This document shows, one piece after another, positions 10,345 through 19,260 of a DNA stretch of 32,000 nt. The DNA lies in the NCBI RefSeq assembly GCF_014162235.1, contig NZ_AP022221.1. One strand, given 5' to 3'. The notes under the pieces are model-generated. The model saw only the letters and a list, made by a program, of their open reading frames with translations, was not told where the DNA came from and ran no database searches. Positions within the stretch are counted from its first letter, which is position 1; the number at the start of each line of letters is the position of its first letter. A program made the translations under genes and the position numbers. This DNA is from Escherichia coli (lineage in GTDB: Bacteria > Pseudomonadota > Gammaproteobacteria > Enterobacterales > Enterobacteriaceae).

Positions 10345-10450
10345 AACTCCTGAGCAGGCGGCACTATGCCGCTTTCATAGGAGTTCTGAATGCTGGTGCT
10401 TTCTGTATGGCATAACCATGCCTCTAACGGTTAAGTGCCTGCAGCACATG
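10345..10450. repeat. Copy A of ~100-bp structured direct repeat
   Basis: AACTCCTGAGCAGGCGGCACTATGCCGCTTTCATAGGAGTTCTGAATGCTGGTGCTTTCTGTATGGC... is near-identical to 12162-12256. Confidence 0.85.
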
Positions 10451-10714
10451 TTGCGGATCATTGGCAATCGCTCGCAGCAAAGCCTTTGCAGGCCCAGTCG
10501 GTGAACGTCGCCCCTGCTCCCAGTTACGCAACGTGTCTACGCTTACGGAAATAAGTTCGGCAAATTTAGATTGTGACAACCCTGAAGCGCGGCGTATTTC
10601 TTTGATTTTCATAGCATCAACTTCAAAAGTCCGTGAAGGGTGTCGCGTTCCTTCAATAATTTCATTCATCTGGGCCATGCTGTGAGTCAACCGCTCAAAA
10701 AGTGCCTTATCCAT
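10424..10714 (-). CDS. HTH (Xre-type) antitoxin, HigA-like
   Basis: 96 aa containing IRRASGLSQSKFAELISVSVDTLRNWEQGRRSPTGPAKALLRAI; immediately downstream of the toxin gene. Confidence 0.85.
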   Translation of the reverse strand: MDKALFERLTHSMAQMNEIIEGTRHPSRTFEVDAMKIKEIRRASGLSQSKFAELISVSVDTLRNWEQGRRSPTGPAKALLRAIANDPQHVLQALNR

Positions 10715-11026
10715 TTACCACCTCGTATTTAACAACCGGAGCATTGCTTTTTCCTGGGGAGACAGATCATCTTTAATACCCTTACGATAAATAAGCAGTA
10801 ATCTGATCTCATAATGTTTAACCTGATGAAAGTAAATAACCCTGACACCAGCACGTTTCCCCTTTCCTCCTGACACCCATCGAACCTTTCTTAACCCACC
10901 AGTTTCAGGTATTACCTCACCATAGTCAGGATTCAAGGCCAGGAAAAACTGAAAACGACTGAATTCATCGTCGGTCAGCAGTTTTTGAACATCTTCAGTA
11001 AAAATTTCCGTTTCGATGAAGAGCAT
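10715..11026 (-). CDS. RelE/HigB-superfamily toxin
   Basis: 103 aa with GLRKVRWVSGGKGKRAGVRVIYFHQVKHYEIRLLLIYRKGIKDDLSPQEK, typical of HigB-2-like toxins; toxin-first gene order. Confidence 0.85.
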   Translation of the reverse strand: MLFIETEIFTEDVQKLLTDDEFSRFQFFLALNPDYGEVIPETGGLRKVRWVSGGKGKRAGVRVIYFHQVKHYEIRLLLIYRKGIKDDLSPQEKAMLRLLNTRW

Positions 11027-11063
11027 AATTATACGCCATTGGCTTAGAGTAACAATCCTTTTT

Positions 11064-11080
11064 GTACGTCATTGACGTAC
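11064..11080. promoter_or_regulatory. Palindrome GTACGTCA-T-TGACGTAC, candidate operator of the toxin-antitoxin operon
   Basis: Perfect 8-bp arms separated by 1 nt, starting 38 nt upstream of the toxin start codon. Confidence 0.55.
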
Positions 11081-11145
11081 CCTTGAAACCACTAGCTTAC
11101 TGATAGTGCTCCAGCAAAACCACGTCTCTGCCGGGTTTGTCTTTA

Positions 11146-11172
11146 CATTTGCGAGGCGCTTTCCAGATTTTT
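11146..11172 (-). repeat. Partial copy 3 of the yiiF/yiiE upstream element (AAAAATCTGGAAAGCGCCTCGCAAATG)
   Basis: Shares CTGGAAA-CGCCTCGCAAA with copy 1; ~120 nt upstream of the toxin gene on the same strand. Confidence 0.6.
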
Positions 11173-11242
11173 CACGCCCGTGAATTTCCCTGTATCCATC
11201 CAGCAAAAACGGGTGTATAAAACTGTACATTCATACAGCAAA

Positions 11243-12163
11243 ATGAGTTCTACTATGGCACTGGAAAAAGGAATTGCAGAGTTAGTCGAAGAGTTTATCG
11301 CTGCGGGTCGCCCCTCATCGCGTCAACAAAGTATTGCGCAGCGCAGGGAGGGCTATATCGCCAGCGCTGTCCTTGCGGGTGAGACAGAAACGCGGGTAGA
11401 TATTCAGACTATCGAACTTGAAGGGATGATCTTACGAATAGTGTCACCGCTGAATGCCCCGACATTACTCCCGACGATAATTTATTACTACGGTGGCTGT
11501 TTTGTTAGCGGCGGGTTCGCAACTCACGACAACCAGCTGCGCCAGTTAGCCTATTACGGGCAATATCGGGTTATTGCCGTCCAGTATCGGCTGGCACCGG
11601 AACAGACTTTCCCCGCCGCCCATGATGATGCGCAACGAGGTGCAGAATTAGTCTGGCAACACGCCGAACGACTCGGCGTTGATAAACAACGGATAACTCT
11701 TGCCGGTGACAGTGCGGGCGGACATCTGGCGCTGGTAACTGCTTTGCGATTAAAGCGTGCTGGCGAGTGGCAACCGGCACAACTCATCTTAATTTATCCC
11801 ATGCTTGATGCGACTGCGCATTTCGAAAGCTACATACGCAATGGTCACGATTACATCATCACACGCGACACTTTACTGAGCGGCTTTGAGATGTATCTGC
11901 CAGGCATTGAACGCAGGCATCCTGAAGCCAGCCCTCTTTGGCGCGATGATTTCAATGGCTTGCCACCTGTACATATCATTACCGCTGAATACGACCCACT
12001 TTGCGATGAAGGTGAAGCGTTGTATCACCGCATGACAGGGCAAGGAGTGCAATGCACCTGCCAACGCTACCTTGGCGTTATCCACGGATTTTTTCAGTTA
12101 GGTGGTATCAGTGAGGCTGCGCGATCGGCGCTGCGGGATGTGGCCTGGAGAGCGGGAAGGTAA
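11243..12163 (+). CDS. Alpha/beta hydrolase (hormone-sensitive-lipase-like esterase)
   Basis: LPTIIYYYGGCFVSGG (oxyanion-region motif), GDSAGGH nucleophile motif, DPLCDEG and HGFFQ acid/His positions; ATG preferred over the upstream GTG at 11180. Confidence 0.85.
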   Translation: MSSTMALEKGIAELVEEFIAAGRPSSRQQSIAQRREGYIASAVLAGETETRVDIQTIELEGMILRIVSPLNAPTLLPTIIYYYGGCFVSGGFATHDNQLRQLAYYGQYRVIAVQYRLAPEQTFPAAHDDAQRGAELVWQHAERLGVDKQRITLAGDSAGGHLALVTALRLKRAGEWQPAQLILIYPMLDATAHFESYIRNGHDYIITRDTLLSGFEMYLPGIERRHPEASPLWRDDFNGLPPVHIITAEYDPLCDEGEALYHRMTGQGVQCTCQRYLGVIHGFFQLGGISEAARSALRDVAWRAGR

Positions 12164-12256
12164 CTCCTGAGCAGCGGCACTATGCCGCTTTCACAGGAGT
12201 TCTGAATGCTGGTGCTTTCTGTATGGCTTCGCCATGCCCCTCGCGGCTAAGCGCCT
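12162..12256. repeat. Copy B of ~100-bp structured direct repeat
   Basis: AACTCCTGAGCAGCGGCACTATGCCGCTTTCACAGGAGTTCTGAATGCTGGTGCTTTCTGTATGGC... is near-identical to copy A and begins within the esterase stop codon. Confidence 0.85.
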
Positions 12257-12330
12257 GCACACATCTCTCTTTGAATGTCATTTTTGCAATGCATTGGCCG
12301 AATTCTGGTAATTCTAATGAGTTTTACTCT

Positions 12331-14145
12331 TCAGACTCCCATCCCTACGGTATACGAGTTAGATTCATGAATGAAATCGACATTTTTAAAAAACGAATCT
12401 TGTAAAACATCCGTGTTGATATTACCTTGCAACCCAACATTAAATTTGTTAGAGAGATGAAGAACTCGAATATCAAAAAGGTCTTTTAACATCATTAATT
12501 CTTTGGCTGTTAATGAATCGCAACTAAAATATCCCTGTTGATCAAAAAGCTTTTCTATTTCTCTACCATCGGCGAGGCGTTTTTCAAGGAGTGTTTGCAA
12601 CATCGAGTTGCCAAGGACAATGGATATCGTACGATCTTTCGCAGATTTACACCCCATCACAACGGCAACATTCGTATCCCCCTCAGGAGTTTCATTTATC
12701 GCCGTCGCTAAAATGGTGGTCAAACACGCAAACGGAACTGTATTTCTTTCGTGATTTAATTTATCTACCAGCTCATTCCATTTATCAAAAGCCGGGCGAT
12801 ATTTGTTGCGCGCAGAAATATCCAACTGGTTAAACAATTCAGCCATGCGATTTTTTATCATCTCGATATCCGGCGAACCAGAAAGACTTTGCGCATAATA
12901 CGGTCCTGATGATGTTGCATACATTAAAGCCGATCCCACGCCTGTCGCCATGATGGGCGCAGCTACGGTTTTGGCAAGGGCGACGCTGCGATGGCTATGC
13001 GCTTCACAGGCTAAAGGAACATATTCCACTGACTGCGGTAATTCCTTACATGCCTCCCTCATCATTGCGGTATGCTTTACAAACAACGTTTTTTCACTGC
13101 CCAAAAAAACTTTCTGCTTAATTGCACTAAGAAAACGTAAATCAAAAATGATTGTTTTTGGTTTATTATTTTTTGGCACATTTCCTATTATCCCGCTAAG
13201 AACCTTTCTTGCTGCATGGAGATTTTTTTGCACAGCACATAACACAATTGACGAAGCCTTCTCTACTGCGTTATTGATTTTAATTTTAAAATCTGCATGA
13301 TATACGTTGACGGGCAATGCAAGTATATCTTCCCCTACATCTTTGGCTGAGTATTTATTTGTGATCGATGGTCGTGAATCCACGAGAAAACTTAGCTGCA
13401 AATTATGCTCTATATTACCAGCTGTTTTTGTAGTGTGATTAAACATAGAGATGCCACCTCTCATTCTTTCACACATACCCTCAACTTTTTCACTTCGTTC
13501 TTGAGGCAATTTGGCTTTAACGTTAATTTGATGATTTTTACCCGTGCATTCCTTAACTACAAGAGGAATGTTATCTAAAGTGCCATACAGGCTAATAACG
13601 TCACCAGGATTTTTATCATGTAAGTAAGTTTGATTAATACTCGAAGCATTCACAAAGAGGTCAATATTATAACTGTTTATGACTTCACCTACATCAAATG
13701 TGTAGTGCTTACTCTGGAGGCTGCCATCCTTGTTTAATTGTATATCAATCAATATATCCCCGGACTTTGTCACCATATCTTTGCCATAAACCATTTGCAT
13801 AGCCATTTCGAGGAGATTTTTATCTAACTGATTGCGGGCGTTGAGTAAGCGACTACCAAATAATTTATATACTGTTCCCGTCATTGCCAGCGCTGCACTT
13901 TCTGGTACTTTGCGTTTCCACAGTGAGGTTTCTTTATTTTTAAACAGGTCATATTTATTATTACTCGACAACCCGAGTTTAAGTTCGTTAACACAATCGC
14001 ACAGTTGCTCCTCACCTTCCATTTTAAGGCGATGTGAAAAATCATTTAATAGCGTTTGCTTCGGTGATTCATTACTCATTAGTTGTTTTTCTAAATTAAC
14101 AATAGAATAACTTTCTTGTTTAATGAGATTAATATTGGCAACCAT
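12331..14145 (-). CDS. Putative phosphoinositide/inositol phosphatase of the SopB/IpgD/INPP4-like Cx5R class (604 aa)
   Basis: Catalytic-type motif VAVVMGCKSAKDRTISIVLGNSM; strong SD (GGAAGGAGG) 5 nt before the ATG at 14145. The listed GTG start at 14184 is less likely. Confidence 0.7.
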   Translation of the reverse strand: MVANINLIKQESYSIVNLEKQLMSNESPKQTLLNDFSHRLKMEGEEQLCDCVNELKLGLSSNNKYDLFKNKETSLWKRKVPESAALAMTGTVYKLFGSRLLNARNQLDKNLLEMAMQMVYGKDMVTKSGDILIDIQLNKDGSLQSKHYTFDVGEVINSYNIDLFVNASSINQTYLHDKNPGDVISLYGTLDNIPLVVKECTGKNHQINVKAKLPQERSEKVEGMCERMRGGISMFNHTTKTAGNIEHNLQLSFLVDSRPSITNKYSAKDVGEDILALPVNVYHADFKIKINNAVEKASSIVLCAVQKNLHAARKVLSGIIGNVPKNNKPKTIIFDLRFLSAIKQKVFLGSEKTLFVKHTAMMREACKELPQSVEYVPLACEAHSHRSVALAKTVAAPIMATGVGSALMYATSSGPYYAQSLSGSPDIEMIKNRMAELFNQLDISARNKYRPAFDKWNELVDKLNHERNTVPFACLTTILATAINETPEGDTNVAVVMGCKSAKDRTISIVLGNSMLQTLLEKRLADGREIEKLFDQQGYFSCDSLTAKELMMLKDLFDIRVLHLSNKFNVGLQGNINTDVLQDSFFKNVDFIHESNSYTVGMGV

Positions 14146-14560
14146 TACAGCCTCCTTCCCACGGTTTAAGAGCAAACATGCCACATAATTATTTACAACA
14201 TCCAGAAGCAGTAAATGAATGATACTGACAATGACGCCAGTCCATTATCTTTGCATAATGTTTGTTAGCTATAGATTTTAAAAATATTTATGAGAAAAGT
14301 ATGGCACCAGAGGGGGTTTTGACTATCAAAAATCGCTCAAACCTGAACTAAGATGATGAATTAAGCATTATCAGCGATAATTGCCACTCAGCTCTACAAA
14401 TAATATTTAAATGCTCCTGAACAGTGATGTAGCAAGACACGTATGGTGCCAACGAAGAATAAAAATTTATAGAGTTCTTATTCAATATAACCGGAATAGT
14501 CAGAGACTGAAGTAAATGACCTGAAAGAATGAGAGAGGCAGCACCGCCCCTCTCCATCAG

Positions 14561-15550
14561 CTACTCTTCTTCGTTCCCGCCCTCTTCATACGGGCCAAAT
14601 GGCTTCGCGGGCAGAACGATATACGTGCCTTCAAACACTGCACCCGGCGTCTCGTCGCCAAAGATTTCGACCTGCATTTGTACTCGCGCTTTGCGCCCGC
14701 GCGCCAGACGGTCGAGATCGCCGCTTAAGGCACCGAGGTCGGCTACCGCATGAGGTTTACCGCTAATCGGCTTGCTGTAGCGAATATGCGCATCCGCCAG
14801 AATAATCGTTCCGCCCAGATGGCGTTCACGCAGCATCAGCCAGATAAGCCCCCAACCGGTGAGCGTTGCCAGTGAGAATAAACTCCCGGCAAACAGCGTA
14901 TGGTGCGGATTCTGATTACCGGTTTCCGGCATGGTGGTGATAAATTTTTGCCCGGTATATTGCTGAATGCGCACGCCCATTTTTTCACTCAGCGGGATAT
15001 GTTCGTACCACGCCTGTTGCAGCTGCGCGCACCAGTCGCCGCGATGCAGAATGTCATCCAGAGTGGCGACAGGTTTTATCATCAAAAAATGGCGAATCGG
15101 CGTGGTGGTTGGCGTGGTGATCTCCCCTTGATTGACAAACCCCAGCTTGGCGAAAAACTCCACCGCGTCTTCGCGGGCGCTACAGGTCACGCGCTTAACA
15201 CCTTCCTGACGCGCCACAGATTCGAGGGTCATCGCCATCAGCGTTCCTAACCCTTTGTCCTGCACGTCGGGATGAACGGCCATAAAGCGAATGGACGCTT
15301 CATTGTCGGCATTAATATACAGTCGGCCTACCGCCACCAGATTACCCTGCTCGTCGACGACCATCTGGTGATGCGCCATCGCATCCCACGCGTCGCGTTC
15401 CGAACCTTTCGGTTGATGCAGGGGCTTACGCAACATTTCCCAGCGAAACTGATAGTAACGCTCTAATTCTTCTTCTGTTTGTGGAACCCGAAGGTGATAC
15501 ATAGCGATACTCTCTCTTGTTTCCCGTGACAACCCTGGAAGCTGGCTCAT
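14561..15550 (-). CDS. yiiD: GNAT acetyltransferase / hotdog thioesterase fusion YiiD (FabY)
   Basis: 329 aa with N-terminal GNAT domain ([19 protein letters not shown]) and C-terminal YiiD-type thioesterase domain. Confidence 0.93.
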
Positions 15551-15984
15551 ACCTGCAACCAGAATGTCACGGGGCCATCATTGACCAGCGATACCTGCAT
15601 ATCGGCAGCGAAGCGTCCTGTTTGCGTGTTCATCTCTTGCTGACGGCAGCGTTCGACGAAATAGTCATATAACGCCTCTGCGCGATCCGGTGATGCACCT
15701 TTGGAGAAACTTGGACGCATCCCCCGTTCGGTATCTGCGGCGAGGGTAAACTGGGAAACCACCAGTACACTGCCGCCCGCCTGTTGCACGTTGAGGTTCA
15801 TCTTGCCTTCGGCATCGCTAAAGATGCGATAGCCGAGCACACGCTCGCACAGACGGTTTGCTTTCTGTTCGTCGTCATCCTTTTCGACACCCAATAACAC
15901 CAAAAGTCCCGCGCCAATTTCGCCCGTCACTTCTCCCTCCACGGTGACGCTGGCACGGGTTACGCGTTGAATTAATGCAATCAT
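15547..15984 (-). CDS. dtd: D-aminoacyl-tRNA deacylase
   Basis: 145 aa [33 protein letters not shown]; NxGPVTF C-terminal motif (NDGPVTF). Confidence 0.96.
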
Positions 15985-16853
15985 GGTTCGTCGTCTTCTT
16001 CTTGTTCAGCTGCTTGTTTTAGTTTGCGGTATTCCCCGAGAGTGACAGTAATTTCCGCACCAAGCAAGACGATACACCATGTCCAGTAGACCCAAACAAA
16101 GAGAATGGGGATCACCGCCAGCACACCGTAAATGAGCTGATATGAGGGGAACATGGTGATATAAAGCGCGAAACCTTTCTTTCCTGCTTCGAACAGGAGT
16201 GCGGCGACAAACGCGCCGACAATCGCGTCGCGATTAGGTACGCGGATAGTAGGAACAATGCTGTACAGCAACCAGAAGGAGATCCACGACAACAGCAGCG
16301 GAAAAATACGCAGCACGTTGTCGATGACAGTATTGAGATCGCTCGCCCAGCGCAGGGAGAGCAAATAGGAACTGATCGCCAGACTGGCCCCTGCCAGCAG
16401 CGGCCCCAGCGTTAAAATCATCCAGTACACGGCAAACGAGTAAATTTTTGGTCGCGCTCGTTTACTGCGCCAGATGGTATTCAACGCGCTATCGATGGAG
16501 TACATCAACAATAACGCGGTGACGATCAGCCCGCACGCCCCAACGGCGGTCATCTTGTTGGAATTGGCAACAAATTGTTCGATATACCGCTGAATAACAT
16601 CGCCAGTAGCAGGCAGAAAGTTGGCAAAAATAAAGTGACGCAACTGCATGCTGACGTCGGAAAACATGGGAAAAGCGGCGAAAAGCGCAAAAACAACGGC
16701 AACAAGCGGCACTAATGAGAGCAACGAAACATAGGCAAGGTTACCTGCCAGGGTTGTCATGTTGTCCTCATCAATGCGTTGCCAGAGTAGTTTTAGCCAG
16801 GCCCATAGTGGACGGGTACGGTGCCTGGCTTTGTCCTGAATGGTTTTTAGCAT
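15981..16853 (-). CDS. yihY: Inner membrane protein YihY (BrkB/YihY family)
   Basis: 290 aa multi-TM protein; overlaps dtd start. Confidence 0.95.
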
Positions 16854-17446
16854 AACACCTTCGCGAAATAGTCCGGGATGGTGGTTTTATCTTTCACCAG
16901 AATACTGGTAATGCCTAGCTGATTCGCTCCTTCTATATTATCGGCGTTATCGTCGAAAAAGACCGTATCGCTGGGTGAAAAACCTTCCGCCTGCAAAACA
17001 TGCTGATAAATTCGTGCTTCAGGTTTGCGCATCCCCAGATCTTGCGACAGATAGATATGGTCAGCAGCATCACGGATTTCCGGGTATTCCTCCGGCCAGA
17101 AGGTAGTATGCAGGCGGTTAGTATTGGAAAGCACCACCACGCGATGCCCCTGCTCACGCAGTTTATGCATGATGGCGATCACTTCCGGGCGCAGCGCAAC
17201 AAACACCGCCTGCCAGCCGTGGGAGAACTGCTCATAGCTTAGCGGCAGGGCCATCTCATGACACAGCGCCTCTGCGAACGCTTCGTCGCTAATTTCCCCA
17301 CGCTCATGCTGATGAAACGCCTCGCCCATGTGGAAACTCTTCTTAAGCGTAGCCAGTGGAACACGCGTTAAATCGCTCCAGGCTCCCAGCACACGGTTAA
17401 AGTCGATATCGACAATCACATTACCTAAATCAAAGATATAGAGCAT
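16847..17446 (-). CDS. yihX: Alpha-D-glucose-1-phosphate phosphatase (HAD family)
   Basis: [19 protein letters not shown] motif; ATG at 17446 has a GGAGGC SD, so start trimmed from 17467. Confidence 0.95.
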   Translation of the reverse strand: MLYIFDLGNVIVDIDFNRVLGAWSDLTRVPLATLKKSFHMGEAFHQHERGEISDEAFAEALCHEMALPLSYEQFSHGWQAVFVALRPEVIAIMHKLREQGHRVVVLSNTNRLHTTFWPEEYPEIRDAADHIYLSQDLGMRKPEARIYQHVLQAEGFSPSDTVFFDDNADNIEGANQLGITSILVKDKTTIPDYFAKVLC

Positions 17447-17544
17447 TTTTGCCTCCTTTCGCGCCACAAGAAATTAACTGTAGCGGGAAAGGATGGGTTT
17501 GGCTATGTGGTCAGGTATGAAGCAAGGTCAACGGTCACAAAATT

Positions 17545-18330
17545 CTACGCGTCTTCCTGGGGAAGGATGATTTCAATTTGGCTGTCTTGTAAGCGTGATT
17601 TTAGCGCAGCGGGCGGCAGCTCGTCGGTAAAGAGCGCGGTAACCTGTGCCACGTTACCAATTTCAACCGCCGCCGAAGCATGATACTTAGTGTGATCGGC
17701 GACCAGCAGGATATTTCTCGCGTGCGCCATCATCGTTTTCACCACGTTAGCTTCGTTAACATCAAACTCCATCAACGCGCCATCGCTCTCAATCGCCCCA
17801 ACGCTTGTTACCAGATAATCAGCACGAAAATCAGCCACAAAGGACGCCGCTGAAGGGCCAATGATCCCGCTATTATGAGAGCGCAACGTACCGCCGGGCA
17901 CCATCACTTCAAAGCGCGGGTTGTGGTAAAGAATATGCGCCACACGCAGGCTGTTGGTGATTATCCGCAAATGATTGTGGTTAAGTAACGCCCGGGCAAC
18001 ATGTTCAACAGTCGTACCGATGGTGATAAATATTGTCGATCCATCAGGAATATAGTCTGCCACCGCTTCGGCAATCGCTTTTTTTTCCTCGGTTTGCGAA
18101 ACCTCACGCTGCTCGAACGCCGTATTAACGACGCTGGAAGCCCGACCCGCGCCACCGTGATGGCGCGTAATCAGTCCTTGCTCGCTTAATTTACGAATAT
18201 CCCGGCGGACCGTCTGCGTGGAGACATCCAGCAGATTTGCCAGCTCATCAATATTCATATACCCACGCTCGGCGATCAGCATGAGGAGTTGGTCGTGCCG
18301 CGGGTTACCGGTTAGTTCGGTAAGGCTCAT
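17545..18330 (-). CDS. yihW: DeoR-family regulator of the sulfoglycolysis operon (YihW/CsqR)
   Basis: 261 aa, MNIDELANLLDVSTQTVRRDIRKL HTH; start at MSLTELTG. Confidence 0.95.
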   Translation of the reverse strand: MSLTELTGNPRHDQLLMLIAERGYMNIDELANLLDVSTQTVRRDIRKLSEQGLITRHHGGAGRASSVVNTAFEQREVSQTEEKKAIAEAVADYIPDGSTIFITIGTTVEHVARALLNHNHLRIITNSLRVAHILYHNPRFEVMVPGGTLRSHNSGIIGPSAASFVADFRADYLVTSVGAIESDGALMEFDVNEANVVKTMMAHARNILLVADHTKYHASAAVEIGNVAQVTALFTDELPPAALKSRLQDSQIEIILPQEDA

Positions 18331-18363
18331 GAAAATTCCTCGAAAAACCATCACCCGGGCATT

Positions 18364-19260
18364 TTATACAAAAAGTGACAAAAAAGATCGGGTTTGATCA
18401 CAGTCAGGGATCCCGGCTCGTCCACCGGGACGCGTGCATTTTAACGCCGCCACACCGCTGGCGAAGCGAACTGACTCCGCTAAATTCCCACCGGTTGCCA
18501 ATGCCACCGCCAGCGCACCGTGAAAAACATCACCCGCACCGGTGGTATCTACCACATCAACTTTGAAAGCCGGTTGATGTTGACGCCCGCCATTTTCCAG
18601 CCAGTCGCAGCCGGCACTCCCCTGGGTCACATAGACATGACCATTTGTGAGCGTTTGTGCCTGTTTTAGCGCACTGGCCATCTCTTTCACGCCCGTTAAG
18701 CGCGCCAGACCCGGTTCTGAAAAGGCCGCGTGATCGCTTAATGCCACCAGCTCGCTGATATCCTGCGGCGTAATGTCCCCGTCCAGAACGGTCATCACGC
18801 CCGCCTGCCGGGCCAGAGTGAAGGCTTTTTTAGCACCGTCGTGCCAGCGTACATCTGCCAGCACAACATCCCACTGAGAGAAATCAATTTCCTCCAACCA
18901 CTCTGCGTCAGGCAGCAGATCCGGGCTGGGGTAGTTAATGATTATCCGCTCGCCTTTGGCATCCACCATGATGGCGGATTGCGAAGATTTCGCCTGGTTA
19001 TACCGTTTGGTGTAACGGGTGTTAACGCCCCAGGATTCCAGCTCTGCCAGCAGGCTGTTGCCCGTGTCGTCATCACCGACGCGACCAATAAAATCGACCT
19101 GCGCCCCCAGCCTTGCCGCCGCAACCGCTGCCGTCGCCGCTGGCCCGCCACCAACTTCCGTATAATTTCTCGCCACGTATTTACCGCTCTCCGTCGGTAA
19201 TCCTTCCACGTAATAAATACGATCCATCACGGTAATACCTACACAAGCAACACGAATCAT
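18364..19260 (-). CDS. yihV: 6-deoxy-6-sulfofructose kinase (PfkB/ribokinase family)
   Basis: 298 aa with VDTTGAGDVFHGALAVALA motif; start could also be 19266. Confidence 0.95.
   Translation of the reverse strand: MIRVACVGITVMDRIYYVEGLPTESGKYVARNYTEVGGGPAATAAVAAARLGAQVDFIGRVGDDDTGNSLLAELESWGVNTRYTKRYNQAKSSQSAIMVDAKGERIIINYPSPDLLPDAEWLEEIDFSQWDVVLADVRWHDGAKKAFTLARQAGVMTVLDGDITPQDISELVALSDHAAFSEPGLARLTGVKEMASALKQAQTLTNGHVYVTQGSAGCDWLENGGRQHQPAFKVDVVDTTGAGDVFHGALAVALATGGNLAESVRFASGVAALKCTRPGGRAGIPDCDQTRSFLSLFV
18369..18380. promoter_or_regulatory. Candidate YihW/CsqR-type motif CAAAAAGTGACA upstream of yihW
   Basis: Exact 12-mer repeated at 19394-19405 in the yihV/yihU divergent promoter region. 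Confidence 0.35.

Noticed and set aside
10390-10434. 14-aa mini-ORF MLVLSVWHNHASNG on + strand, also present as MLVLSVWLRHAPRG at 12205-12249
   Set aside because: Conservation of the frame in both repeat copies is intriguing, but the minus-strand interpretation (antitoxin 3' end plus leader hairpin) explains the sequence better and the peptide lacks any known family. Kept only as a possible follow-up.
14348-14557. 69-aa minus ORF upstream of the phosphatase gene
   Set aside because: Low-complexity, no recognisable domain, reads across intergenic AT-rich DNA after yiiD; insufficient support.
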